From the NCBI GenBank assembly GCA_024405755.1, contig JAKSOD010000002.1, positions 13,729-77,728 on the forward strand: DNA of 64,000 nucleotides. The letters run 5' to 3'. A program made the translations under genes and the position numbers. Position 1 is the stretch's first letter. Each line of letters begins with the position of its first letter. Origin of the DNA: Clostridia bacterium. GTDB lineage: Bacteria > Bacillota > Clostridia > Oscillospirales > CAG-272. The notes beneath the pieces are model-generated. The model saw only the letters and a list, made by a program, of their open reading frames with translations. It was not told where the DNA came from and made no database searches. Of the stretch, positions 1 to 9,523 are shown in pieces.

Positions 1-1599
1 GTTGTCGAGTTCATCAAATAAACGCAGGGACAGTTTGTGATTTCCCGGTTCCAACGGCTTTGCGGGAGAGTATTCCACCCTCAGATCCGACCAGTCTGCC
101 TTTGCGGTCACATCTTTGCCGTCGATCCACATACGGCAGTCGGAGAGTCTGACACCCGACTTATCATAGTATTCCGCCCAGACCGGAGTTTTTCCCTCAG
201 TCCCGTCGTATGAATAGTATTTTGTGGGATAAATATCAGTAATACGCGGACCTGCGTTATCATACACGGGAATTCTTATTTGACTGTCGGCGAAAATTGA
301 TACACGCCTTGTTCCGTCGGAAGCGGTGATAAAGTATTCAAGTGTATCGAGAGTCTCAACAGTTTCTGCGGGTATTACGGCAGAATAATTCCCGTTTTTT
401 TCATCTTCATATGCGGGAAATACCTGCTCAAATCCATCCTTGAGGAAAATATGAACATCTGCATCGGTTACGGGACGGCAGGGATCTGCCTGTATCACGG
501 CAAAATTGATCTTACAGTCCCCCTGACCGATATATACCTCTTTGTCGGGAGAGAGCGGAATGATAACAGGCATGGCTGCACGAACGTCAGGAACCGCCTG
601 TCCTCTGCCGGCATACCCCGGGGTTGCAAAATCCGCGTGAGAAATATTTACGGCGTGAGCAGGATCACGCACGTCGATCTTCCAGTAGGAAGATCTTTTC
701 ACGGGAGTATCCCACCGACTGTAATTCGTACTGTAAACCATAGTGAACACCGCGTCGTCTGCTTTTTTTCCGCGCGGTACTATCAGAAGGACAGTAGGTG
801 TGTGCTTTTCCGGCAGATCGCAGATACCCTTTATATCTAAACGTGTACCGGTTTCAGGATCAACCTCTGTATACTGCACGGGTATGATACGGCAGCCGTC
901 GGGAGTAAGTCCAAGTGAAGTATAGAAGAAATCTTTATTAAAAACATCGCAGAAATCCTGCACAGTTACAATATCGCGCTTGACTCCGTCAATCTCAACG
1001 CCGAAATTTCGCGAACGTATGGGCCAGAGCGCGGCAAATTCACCGCCGTGAAGGACAGATTCACCCGCAGATGAAGCAAGCGGCAGTCTGCCTGCGGGCT
1101 TTCCCTCTGCCTTTGTGGTTTTCGGAAATACGAGAACTTCATAATCATAAAGATCAACATTTTCCGATCCCGGATTCATCACTTCCATATATCCCGTAAC
1201 ACCGGGCCCTTTCGGGCGGACAAAAAGTTCGGTTATCACGAGAGGAGGAAGCGCGGGAAAATCATCAGCCGCAATAAGAGGAACGGTAAAAGGACCGCAG
1301 TTTTCTTTCTCATCATCTTTTGCGGAAATAGTATATTTGAGTTCTGTGCCCCAGAGTTCAGATGCAGGCAGGTCGGCACGGTATATTTCAAACTGACCTA
1401 CGTCGGAAGAAAAACTGTCGCAAGGTGACATCGTGAATTTTTTTCCGTCAGATAATGTCAGTATCATGCAATCGGGAGTGGAATCCCCTGATGCGCGGCA
1501 GGCGGCACTTATCGGAAATGATGTTCTTGCTACGGCAAAATCCGCCGGGGAATGGCAGATACGCGGCAGTTTGCCGTCATATTTAGAAATTACTTTCAT
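1..1599 (-). CDS. Large multi-domain protein (lamin-tail-like domain plus Ig-like domains); partial, continues off the left edge
   Basis: Not in the ORF track. Manual translation from ATG at 1599 (RBS GGGAGG upstream) stays open for 533 codons to position 1. Begins MKVISKYDGKLPRICHSP; contains the LTD-like segment PPLVITELFVRPKGPGVTGYMEVMNPGSENVDLYDY and the Ig-like segment DNAGPRITDIYP...WIDGKDVTAKA...PLEPGNHKLSL. Confidence 0.75.
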   Translation of the reverse strand, partial: MKVISKYDGKLPRICHSPADFAVARTSFPISAACRASGDSTPDCMILTLSDGKKFTMSPCDSFSSDVGQFEIYRADLPASELWGTELKYTISAKDDEKENCGPFTVPLIAADDFPALPPLVITELFVRPKGPGVTGYMEVMNPGSENVDLYDYEVLVFPKTTKAEGKPAGRLPLASSAGESVLHGGEFAALWPIRSRNFGVEIDGVKRDIVTVQDFCDVFNKDFFYTSLGLTPDGCRIIPVQYTEVDPETGTRLDIKGICDLPEKHTPTVLLIVPRGKKADDAVFTMVYSTNYSRWDTPVKRSSYWKIDVRDPAHAVNISHADFATPGYAGRGQAVPDVRAAMPVIIPLSPDKEVYIGQGDCKINFAVIQADPCRPVTDADVHIFLKDGFEQVFPAYEDEKNGNYSAVIPAETVETLDTLEYFITASDGTRRVSIFADSQIRIPVYDNAGPRITDIYPTKYYSYDGTEGKTPVWAEYYDKSGVRLSDCRMWIDGKDVTAKADWSDLRVEYSPAKPLEPGNHKLSLRLFDELDN

Positions 1600-1629
1600 T
1601 GAAAAACCTCCCGTATCTTATTAAGAATT

Positions 1630-1658
1630 ATTATACCACCAAATGGAACGTTTCGCAA
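1630..1658 (-). promoter_or_regulatory. Sigma-A-type promoter for the 1599 gene
   Basis: Minus strand TTGCGA-17 nt-TATAAT with an extended -10 TG. Confidence 0.6.
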
Positions 1659-1795
1659 TCGAAAAAAGTTTTTTCTTTCATAGAATACAAATAATTATTC
1701 CTTTGAAAATTAAAGGAGATCTCTTAAAAGAATCATATCATGAGTATTTTTTTGACGCGCTTAGGTCTGAATCAACTATTTTTTCTTTTAATTTA

Positions 1796-1827
1796 AATGA
1801 CCGAAGGAATTACTGCCTTCGGTCATT
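1796..1827 (-). terminator. Hairpin terminator after ftsZ
   Basis: Inverted repeat AATGACCGAAGG / CCTTCGGTCATT about 55 nt past the ftsZ stop. Confidence 0.6.
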
Positions 1828-1883
1828 CATGGTATGTTATTCGGTTAAGAAAACAAATTATTCAATGATTCCCGTTTTAGAGA

Positions 1884-3182
1884 TCATCTTCTGCCGGTGC
1901 CGCGGAAGTCGTCTCTCTTCTTGCGGTTGCGAAGAATATTCATGATCTCGTCGAAACCGTCACCGGAGTCATCAGATACAGGCTGCTGAACAGGTGCGGT
2001 TCTGACGGCAGGGGCGGGAGTCACGGGATTGACGGGAGTGACAGGGGTCACGGGAGAGACGGGGGTCACAGGATTCACGGGAGCCGCAGGAGTTGCGGGG
2101 ACAGCGGGCGCATTCTGCACGGGGCGGGCAGGTACGGAAGCGGGGATCGCTTTCTGCTGCTGATTCTGAGCGGGACGCTGTGCGTTCTGAGGACGTCCGT
2201 TCGTCTGAGGCACCGCAGAATCACCTGCACTCTCAAATCCGGTAGCGATAATTGTGATCTTCATCTCATCATCAAGATCGGGATCAAACGCAACACCCCA
2301 GATCACGTTTGCGTCGGGAGCCGCCTCGTTGGCGATCATTGTAGATGCAAGGTCAGCATCTTCGAGACCTACATCGGGAGACATGGAAATGCTGACAAGG
2401 ATTCCGGTAGCACCCTTGATGGAAGTTTCAAGCAGCGGACTGGAAATGGCAGCCTTCGCCGCAATCTCTGCCTTGTCCTTACCTGTAGCACTGCCCACGC
2501 CCATATGAGCATATCCGGCGTTCTGCATAACTGCGGTAACGTCTGCAAAGTCGAGGTTGATGAAACCGGGAACATTGATAAGTTCGGAAATACTCTGTAC
2601 GCCGCGGCGGAGAACATCGTCGGCGATCTCAAATGCATTGAGAAGAGTGATTCTGGTATCGGATACCTGTTTCAGTCTTTCATTGGGGATGATAACGAGG
2701 GAGTCAACGTACTGACTCAATTCCTCAATACCGGCTTCTGCTTGTGTCATACGTCTCCTGCCTTCAAAGAGGAAAGGTTTCGTAACGATAGCAACCGTAA
2801 GGATCTCCATTTCATGTGCAATGCGCGCCACAATAGGAGCAGCACCCGTTCCGGTACCGCCTCCCATACCGGCGGCGATAAATACCATATCGGCTCCGGC
2901 AAGAGCGGCTCTGATATCTTCGGCGTTTTCCTCAGCGGCTCTCTGACCGATCTCAGGATTTGCACCTGCGCCATGACCCTTTGTGATTTTCTGACCGATA
3001 ATTATCTGATTTGGAGAATTCGACGAACGAAGAGACTGCCCGTCGGTATTGATCGCAATAAATTCCACCCCCCGAATGTTGGTGGATATCATTCTGTTCA
3101 CAGCGTTGTTTCCGCCGCCGCCGACGCCAACTACTTTGATGCTGACGCCACTTTCAAGTTCATCATAATGCTCAAATGCCAT
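1884..3182 (-). CDS. ftsZ: Cell division GTPase FtsZ
   Basis: [12 protein letters not shown], tubulin signature GGGTGTG, T7 loop INLDFADV. Confidence 0.98.
   Translation of the reverse strand: MAFEHYDELESGVSIKVVGVGGGGNNAVNRMISTNIRGVEFIAINTDGQSLRSSNSPNQIIIGQKITKGHGAGANPEIGQRAAEENAEDIRAALAGADMVFIAAGMGGGTGTGAAPIVARIAHEMEILTVAIVTKPFLFEGRRRMTQAEAGIEELSQYVDSLVIIPNERLKQVSDTRITLLNAFEIADDVLRRGVQSISELINVPGFINLDFADVTAVMQNAGYAHMGVGSATGKDKAEIAAKAAISSPLLETSIKGATGILVSISMSPDVGLEDADLASTMIANEAAPDANVIWGVAFDPDLDDEMKITIIATGFESAGDSAVPQTNGRPQNAQRPAQNQQQKAIPASVPARPVQNAPAVPATPAAPVNPVTPVSPVTPVTPVNPVTPAPAVRTAPVQQPVSDDSGDGFDEIMNILRNRKKRDDFRGTGRR
2011..2110 (-). repeat. Degenerate 9-bp tandem repeat encoding PV(T/S/N) units in the FtsZ linker
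   Basis: Protein reads [34 protein letters not shown]; the DNA shows a 9-nt periodicity. Confidence 0.7.
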
Positions 3183-3251
3183 TTTTTATTTTCCTCCGGT
3201 TTATTTTTTATCATGACGCCGCCATGCGGCTATTTTAAATACTACTTATAT

Positions 3252-3280
3252 ATAATAATAGTTTTTCGTTCATTTTGCAA
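3252..3280 (-). promoter_or_regulatory. Sigma-A-type promoter dedicated to ftsZ
   Basis: Minus strand TTGCAA-17 nt-TATTAT in the divIB-ftsZ gap. Confidence 0.55.
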
Positions 3281-3401
3281 GTGTTTTTTGCAAATTTTCT
3301 GAAATTATCTCAAACGGTCTTTTTTTCCTGCGGCGTAAGGACGGTCTTTTCGACTTTTTTCGCCGCAAAGGGTAAAAAAACGTCATTTCCTGCCGCAGAC
3401 G

Positions 3402-4454
3402 TCAATCCCTGGAATCGGGATCAAGGTACATTTCGTATCTTGCGCTGGCAAGAGTCGGGATACTGACATCAATAACGGCATAATTCTGAGAGCCGAAATC
3501 TTCACTCTCAATTATCCTCGCCGCCGTCATTACTTTCAGCGTTGCGTCCCCCGGTGAACCGAATCTGATCCGGTATTTTCCTGATACTGTCGCTACAATA
3601 TCGAATTTTTCGTCGAAAAACAGCCGAGTAACTTTTTCTTCCAGATTCGACGATACGATAATCTTGATAAAATCTTTTATGTATTCCGCATCGGCATCGT
3701 CTGCAAGGATCAACCTGCTTCCGACCACGGCACGTGAAGTCTTCGGCAGATCTGTATAGATCAGACCTTCGGCAATGAAATCCGCTGCCGATTCCGACCT
3801 TTCGAGGACACGCAGTTCGGAAGACAGAGCATAATATTCTCCGGCGATCTTCGCATACATTAACGCCTGAGACGACGTGACTTTTATCACCAACTTGTCC
3901 GGCAGTTTTCTGATCACCTTGCAGGTATCAAGATACGGCAGATTTTGCAGCATCAATTCAGCTGCCTTGGACTTGTTTTGGGAATAAAGTAAGTCGCCGA
4001 GTTTTAAGCCTGCCGCAGACATCATTTCTTCTGCGGTATAAGGAGATTCTCCTTCCACCCAAACATCATTGATAATAAGCTTTGAACGGCAGAACTGTGC
4101 AATAGGGTATATGAGCAGCACGGCAAGCAGCACTCCGAAAACGACCAGCATTATCTTTGCCTTCTGCCTGCGTTCCGTGCTTTCGTCAGCAGGACGCCGC
4201 CGTGCTTGATTTTTTGGCTTTTCTGCTGATGTAACATTCACGGTGTCAAGCGTAACGTCGTCTAACCCCATATATTCCTGCGACCATTTGCTTCTGTTGG
4301 ATTCCGTCATTACGTACTGCCGGACGAATTCTTTTTGTTTCTTTTTTTTGCGGACTCCCGCGTCACGTTTCAGAACCTGAGGCGTACTTCCTCTCTGCCC
4401 CGTATCATGACCGACGGAAGCGGTACGATCCGTTCTTTTATTTTTATCATCCAT
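3402..4454 (-). CDS. ftsQ: FtsQ/DivIB-like POTRA-domain cell division protein
   Basis: Basic cytoplasmic N-terminus, one TM helix, POTRA-like INDVWVEGESPYTAEEMMSAAGL...LPYLDTCKVIRKLPDKLVIKV; sits between murG and ftsZ. Confidence 0.75.
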   Translation of the reverse strand: MDDKNKRTDRTASVGHDTGQRGSTPQVLKRDAGVRKKKKQKEFVRQYVMTESNRSKWSQEYMGLDDVTLDTVNVTSAEKPKNQARRRPADESTERRQKAKIMLVVFGVLLAVLLIYPIAQFCRSKLIINDVWVEGESPYTAEEMMSAAGLKLGDLLYSQNKSKAAELMLQNLPYLDTCKVIRKLPDKLVIKVTSSQALMYAKIAGEYYALSSELRVLERSESAADFIAEGLIYTDLPKTSRAVVGSRLILADDADAEYIKDFIKIIVSSNLEEKVTRLFFDEKFDIVATVSGKYRIRFGSPGDATLKVMTAARIIESEDFGSQNYAVIDVSIPTLASARYEMYLDPDSRD

Positions 4455-4472
4455 CTTCCGTCTTCGCTCCGT

Positions 4473-5624
4473 TTATTCTTTATTATTCTTCCTTGAAGCG
4501 TATTCGGAAACGAGTCTGCGGATTTCGTCATAAATCAGTTTGTTTGCATCCTGCGGAGAAAAAGCCGCTGCGTTTTTCCGCATCTGATTGAGTCTGTCAG
4601 GATCGGCAAGAAGATTCGCTGTCTCCGTGACAATCCTGCCGCCGCCGAGTTCCTTTTCCTCGATAAGAACAGCACCGCCGCCGTCCGAGATGACCTTGGC
4701 GTTTTTGTACTGCTGATTATCTGTTACATTCGGAGACGGAATTAGGATCGAAGCCTTCCCTTCTCTTGAAAGTTCCGACAGGGTTATGGCACCCGCGCGG
4801 CTGATAACAAGATCCGCCGCCGCCATCCTCAGAGGCATATCATATATATATTCCACAAGGGAGATATTCGGGTATCTGTCAAGTCCGGCAGCTTCGAATT
4901 TTTCTCTTGTCTGCGCGTAATTGTCAACACCGCAGGCATGGATGTACATGACTTCCGGATGTCCGGAAACATAACCTTCCATAAGTTCAAGTGCCGCCGA
5001 ATTCATTCTTTCGGCACCGAGACTTCCTCCGAATGAAACAATATAGTATTTGCAGTTGTCCGGAATACCAAGTTTCTTCCTTGCTTCTTCTCTGCTTACA
5101 GTACCGAAAGTACCGAGAAGAGGGCATCCGACCTGCATTACTTTTTCTTTGACGGTAAGGGACTCTGCGGAAACCGCAAAATTCGTAAATATCCGGTCAA
5201 CGTACGGTTCAAGTTTGCGCACCGCAAGTCCGGGGACAGCATTTGACTCATGCACAGCCGTGGGGATCTTCATCCTCGCCGCTGCCACAAGCACCGGCCA
5301 GCAGGCGTACCCTCCCGTACCGATAACAACATCCGGTCTGAACTCTTTGATCAGTTTTTTTGCTTTCAGCGGAGAAACTTCCGCAAGATAGGCGGCACGG
5401 ATATTGGCAAACAGATTCTTTATTGAGAACGAACGTCGGAAGCCGCGGACATCAACGTGATAAAGTTTATATCCGGCCTTCGGAACAAGTTCATTTTCAA
5501 GTCCGCGTTCTGTTCCCACAAAGGCGATCTCCGAGCCGGGAATATTCGTTTTTATTGTATTTGCAATGGCGAGTGCGGGATTAACGTGTCCGCCGGTCCC
5601 TCCGCCGGTCATCAATACTCTCAT
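4473..5624 (-). CDS. murG: Lipid II GlcNAc transferase MurG
   Basis: GGGTGGHVNPA, HESNAVPGLA, GGSLGA, SRAGAITLSE motifs. Confidence 0.97.
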   Translation of the reverse strand: MRVLMTGGGTGGHVNPALAIANTIKTNIPGSEIAFVGTERGLENELVPKAGYKLYHVDVRGFRRSFSIKNLFANIRAAYLAEVSPLKAKKLIKEFRPDVVIGTGGYACWPVLVAAARMKIPTAVHESNAVPGLAVRKLEPYVDRIFTNFAVSAESLTVKEKVMQVGCPLLGTFGTVSREEARKKLGIPDNCKYYIVSFGGSLGAERMNSAALELMEGYVSGHPEVMYIHACGVDNYAQTREKFEAAGLDRYPNISLVEYIYDMPLRMAAADLVISRAGAITLSELSREGKASILIPSPNVTDNQQYKNAKVISDGGGAVLIEEKELGGGRIVTETANLLADPDRLNQMRKNAAAFSPQDANKLIYDEIRRLVSEYASRKNNKE

Positions 5625-5696
5625 GTCATTGACCTTCTTGGTTTATACTCCGTTACTCCGGAAATTATGTATTCAAGATATTATCTTCGTGATCTT

Positions 5697-6950
5697 TCAG
5701 CGTTTCTGTGTCGAATACCGCGACAGAGCAAGAATCATTCCAATATCTGATAATTGCATAATCGTCGCGCTTCCTCCCGAACTGAAAAACGGAAACGATA
5801 TTCCCGTATTCGGGAACAGTCCGGTTACGACCGCAACATTGAACAGAACATGTACCGCAAGTTTGAAGGACAGTCCGAATATCACCATTGAACAGAATTT
5901 ATCCGACGCTCTCGTTGCAAGTACGAATCCCCTGCCTACCAAGGCAAGGAACAGAACAAGTATCGCAAGAGCACCGAAAAAGCCGAGTTCCTCACATACC
6001 ACGGTAAAAACAAAGTCATTCTGCGGCTGAGAAACGTAGCCGTATTTCAGCCTTGATTGTCCGATGCCGAGTCCGAAAAGTCCACCGGTTCCAATCGCGT
6101 AAAGTCCTTGAGTACTCTGCCAGTCGCTGCCGAGGGCGTCCGCTCCGCGGTGAAGCCAACTGTCAATTCTTGAGCTTGAATATCCCGTAAACAGTATGAG
6201 GTACGCAAGTATTCCTCCTGCTCCGAGACATGCGCCTCCGAGAATCGGGAAATTCGCGCCTCCCATAAACATCATAACGACTGAGATCACGGAAATGATG
6301 ATCAGCCCCGAGAAATGCTTTTCAAAAAGTACAAGAACAAGCACAAGACCAACCATACATCCGGGAACTAACAGACCGTGGATAACTTTCTTTTTATTGA
6401 AAGGGCCTAAGTTTATCTCGTTATCAAATCTGCTCATATATAAAGACAAAAGCAGGATCAGTCCTGTTTTGGCAATTTCCGACGGCTGAACGGAAAAACT
6501 GCCGATCTGGATCCATCTCTGCGCACCGCCGCCCGTAAATCCCATCAGAAGAACGGCAATAAGAAGAAGTATCGCTCCGCCGTAAAACAGCGGTGCTATG
6601 AGTTTCATACGCTGAGGAGTCAGTACAATTACTTCTATCAATATGACAAAAACACCGATCCCGACGTACTTCAACTGTGACAGAAGAAAACCGAAACTGC
6701 TTCCGTTCATCTGAACAGAATATACGGAACTCGCGCTGAAACACATAATAATTCCGAGCACCTGTAAAAGCAAGGCAAGTACGAGAAACAGTCCGTCGGG
6801 TCCGGTTTTGAAAACCGTGGAAGTTCCTTCATCCGTTTCCGGAGTCACGTTGTACCGACGAAGGAGGCTTTTGGCCTTTTTAGGCTTTTTATTTTTTTTT
6901 GCTTCATTTCCGGCAACGCGATCCGGAATCATTCTACCTTGCGTCTGCAT
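5697..6950 (-). CDS. ftsW: SEDS glycosyltransferase FtsW/SpoVE
   Basis: GAQRWI, VQPSEIAK, DFVFTVVCEELG, PNTGISFPFFSSGGS; multiple TM helices. Confidence 0.9.
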   Translation of the reverse strand: MQTQGRMIPDRVAGNEAKKNKKPKKAKSLLRRYNVTPETDEGTSTVFKTGPDGLFLVLALLLQVLGIIMCFSASSVYSVQMNGSSFGFLLSQLKYVGIGVFVILIEVIVLTPQRMKLIAPLFYGGAILLLIAVLLMGFTGGGAQRWIQIGSFSVQPSEIAKTGLILLLSLYMSRFDNEINLGPFNKKKVIHGLLVPGCMVGLVLVLVLFEKHFSGLIIISVISVVMMFMGGANFPILGGACLGAGGILAYLILFTGYSSSRIDSWLHRGADALGSDWQSTQGLYAIGTGGLFGLGIGQSRLKYGYVSQPQNDFVFTVVCEELGFFGALAILVLFLALVGRGFVLATRASDKFCSMVIFGLSFKLAVHVLFNVAVVTGLFPNTGISFPFFSSGGSATIMQLSDIGMILALSRYSTQKR

Positions 6951-7007
6951 ACGAAAGCCCCCGAAAAATATTAAACGAAAAAAGATTATTATCTGTTGAA
7001 CAAGAGT

Positions 7008-8021
7008 TTATCTGATCCCGAACCATGCGAGAACGCAGCCGATAACGGTGATCACACTGAATACGCAAACGATCTTTACTTCACTCCAACCGCACTTTTC
7101 AAAGTGATGATGTATCGGAGCCATCTTGAAAATGCGTTTTCCATGTGTCAGTTTAAAATAACCGACCTGAAGAATATCGGACAATACCTCAATAATGTAA
7201 ATGATACCCGCTACAAGTATAATAAGAGGCTGACCTATCAGAAACGCAAGTCCGACAACCATTCCGCCGAGATAAAGAGATCCGGTATCACCCATAAAAA
7301 TCTTTGCAGGATAGAAATTATACATAAGAAATCCGACAGTACCGCCGACAATAGATGCTGAAAGTGCAGCAATTCCTGAACTTTCGGGAAGCACTTCACA
7401 GAGAGTGAATGCGGCAACCGCGAAGAATGCGCCTACAACTGCGGTCACGCTGCCGGAAAGGCCGTCGATTCCGTCCGTCAGGTTGACGGCGTTGACGATT
7501 CCCGCAACAAGAAGCACGGCAATAACATAATAGCCGATGCCGAGTTCAATTTCAACTCTGAAATACGGAATTTCAAGTTTTGTATCTATGAATCCGCAGG
7601 CTGCCATCGCCCAGATATACGCAGACGCAACAATGATTTGAAGAAGGAATTTCTGCCATGCAAGGAATCCCTGATTCTGCTTTTTTATGAGTTTGGTGTA
7701 ATCGTCAAAAAAGCCTATAAGTCCGTTGAGTACTGCCATTGAAAGGCTCAGTGCCGCACCGAGAAGTTCCTTTGCTCTGCCGAGATAAATGTAAACGCCG
7801 CCGAGAATAAAGAATGCAATCACTGAGGGAATAATGAATCCCACGCCTCCCATAATCGGAGTACCTTCCTTACCCTTATGCCAACGTGGACCGATCTCAT
7901 ATATCTTCTGTCCTATTTTTCTGCTCTTCAGCACCGGAATCAGTTTGCGGAGTATCAGCACGGTGCTGATAAACACGCCAAATAATATCGGGAGAAACTC
8001 AAAAAGCATACGTTCCTTCAT
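7008..8021 (-). CDS. mraY: Phospho-MurNAc-pentapeptide transferase MraY
   Basis: GTPIMGG, FFDDY, NAVNLTDGIDGL, FMGDTGS, MAPIHHHFE. Confidence 0.97.
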   Translation of the reverse strand: MKERMLFEFLPILFGVFISTVLILRKLIPVLKSRKIGQKIYEIGPRWHKGKEGTPIMGGVGFIIPSVIAFFILGGVYIYLGRAKELLGAALSLSMAVLNGLIGFFDDYTKLIKKQNQGFLAWQKFLLQIIVASAYIWAMAACGFIDTKLEIPYFRVEIELGIGYYVIAVLLVAGIVNAVNLTDGIDGLSGSVTAVVGAFFAVAAFTLCEVLPESSGIAALSASIVGGTVGFLMYNFYPAKIFMGDTGSLYLGGMVVGLAFLIGQPLIILVAGIIYIIEVLSDILQVGYFKLTHGKRIFKMAPIHHHFEKCGWSEVKIVCVFSVITVIGCVLAWFGIR

Positions 8022-8074
8022 TATATCTTACCTGTCCTTTTCGGTAAATATCCTTTAATTGATCCGCACGCAGG

Positions 8075-9523
8075 TCAGTTCCCGCAGACTGCGAGTCTGC
8101 GCAGTGCTTCGATCACACGCTCGGCGGCAACTCCGCGGCTTGCCTTGACAAGAAGTACATCACCGGCTTTGATCTCGTCGTTTATTCTCTTTGCGAGCAA
8201 TTCGGCATTTTCGTTGCTGATATCAGGCTGACGGAGGATCTTGTCTTTTGCAAAGTCCGCATAAATCACGGCTGCTCCGTCCGCTATTGCCTCTGCCCTA
8301 CGCCCGAAAGTGAATATCCTGTCAACGCCCGACCGCGCGAAATACTCTCCTATCGTACGGTGAAATTCTGGAGATTGCTCTCCGAGTTCGAGCATATCTC
8401 CGAGAAGGGCCAGACGTCTTCCCCCCGTTCTTCCTGCTACGGCTCCGAGCACGTCGCAGGCGGCGCGCATGGACTCCGGACTTGCGTTATAGCAATCTGC
8501 TATAACGGTATATTTCCCGACTGCCATTATATTCTGCCTCAGTCCGACAGTATGATATGCGGCAAGTCCCCGCCTTATTGCTTCCTCGTCTATACCAAGA
8601 GTCAATCCGACCGCAACAGCGGAAATCGCCGCCGCAACGTTATGTTTTCCTATTACGGGGATTTCAAGATCACAGATCACACGCCCGCGGCAATATGCGT
8701 CAAATACTGTACCCGCCGTGTCGTTCCGAATACATGAGGCGCGGTAATCGGCAGTAAGATCGTCTGCCGAAAAATATCTTGCCCGTTTGTCTGTTTTATA
8801 AACTCCCGACAGAAGAGGTTCGCCTCCGCAGAGGAGCAGGACACCGTCCGGTTTGAGTCCTTCCGCAATTTCAAGTTTTGCCTTGGCAATATTCTCTCTC
8901 GATCCCAAAAATTCCATATGAGCCGTACCGATATTGGTGATCACGGCGACATCGGGACGTGCCGCAAGAGTCATCTGACGTACATCTCCGGCAGCTCCCA
9001 TTCCCATTTCAAAAACGGCGAATTCAGCATCTTCCGGCATCGCAAGCAAAGAAAGCGGCATTCCTATCACGCTGTTGAAATTGCCCTCGGTACGATAAAC
9101 TTTACGGGAAGCTCCGAGCACGGCTGCGATAAATTCTTTTGTCGTGGTTTTTCCGACGCTTCCTGTGACAGCAACCTTCTTTGCTCGGCTGTCGCGTGTG
9201 TATTCTCCCGCAAGTCTGCCGAGTGCCTTGACAGTATCTTCAACGACTATCAAAGGTAATGCGGCGGCGTTTTCCGGAATCCGTTCCGCGATTGCACACA
9301 CGCATCCTCCGGCACCAGCTCGTGCGATATAGTCGTGACCGTCAACTTTTGCCCCCCGTATGGCGGCAAAGCAGGTCCCGACAGATGCTTCCCGTGAGTC
9401 CGTACAGACAGAACATACGGGAGTGGTAAGACTTTCTTCATCCCATTCTCCTGCGATCTTTCCGCCGCACATCACTGCAAGTTCTTTTATATTCAGGATT
9501 TTTCTTCCGAAATCAACCTTCAT
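8075..9523 (-). CDS. murF: UDP-MurNAc-tripeptide--D-Ala-D-Ala ligase MurF
   Basis: TGSVGKTTTK, GNFNSVIG, DCYNASPESM, LGDMLELG, KASRG. Confidence 0.95.
   Translation of the reverse strand: MKVDFGRKILNIKELAVMCGGKIAGEWDEESLTTPVCSVCTDSREASVGTCFAAIRGAKVDGHDYIARAGAGGCVCAIAERIPENAAALPLIVVEDTVKALGRLAGEYTRDSRAKKVAVTGSVGKTTTKEFIAAVLGASRKVYRTEGNFNSVIGMPLSLLAMPEDAEFAVFEMGMGAAGDVRQMTLAARPDVAVITNIGTAHMEFLGSRENIAKAKLEIAEGLKPDGVLLLCGGEPLLSGVYKTDKRARYFSADDLTADYRASCIRNDTAGTVFDAYCRGRVICDLEIPVIGKHNVAAAISAVAVGLTLGIDEEAIRRGLAAYHTVGLRQNIMAVGKYTVIADCYNASPESMRAACDVLGAVAGRTGGRRLALLGDMLELGEQSPEFHRTIGEYFARSGVDRIFTFGRRAEAIADGAAVIYADFAKDKILRQPDISNENAELLAKRINDEIKAGDVLLVKASRGVAAERVIEALRRLAVCGN

Noticed and set aside
871-885. 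15-bp match ATACCCGTGCAGTAT between 871-885 (minus strand) and 47326-47340 (plus strand)
   Set aside because: A few 15-mer matches are expected by chance in 64 kb on two strands, and there is no flanking similarity.
451-1945. Short ORFs called at 451-840, 743-925, 966-1160, 1433-1624 and 1643-1945
   Set aside because: Explained as shadows of the uncalled 1-1599 minus-strand gene or of AT-rich intergenic DNA.
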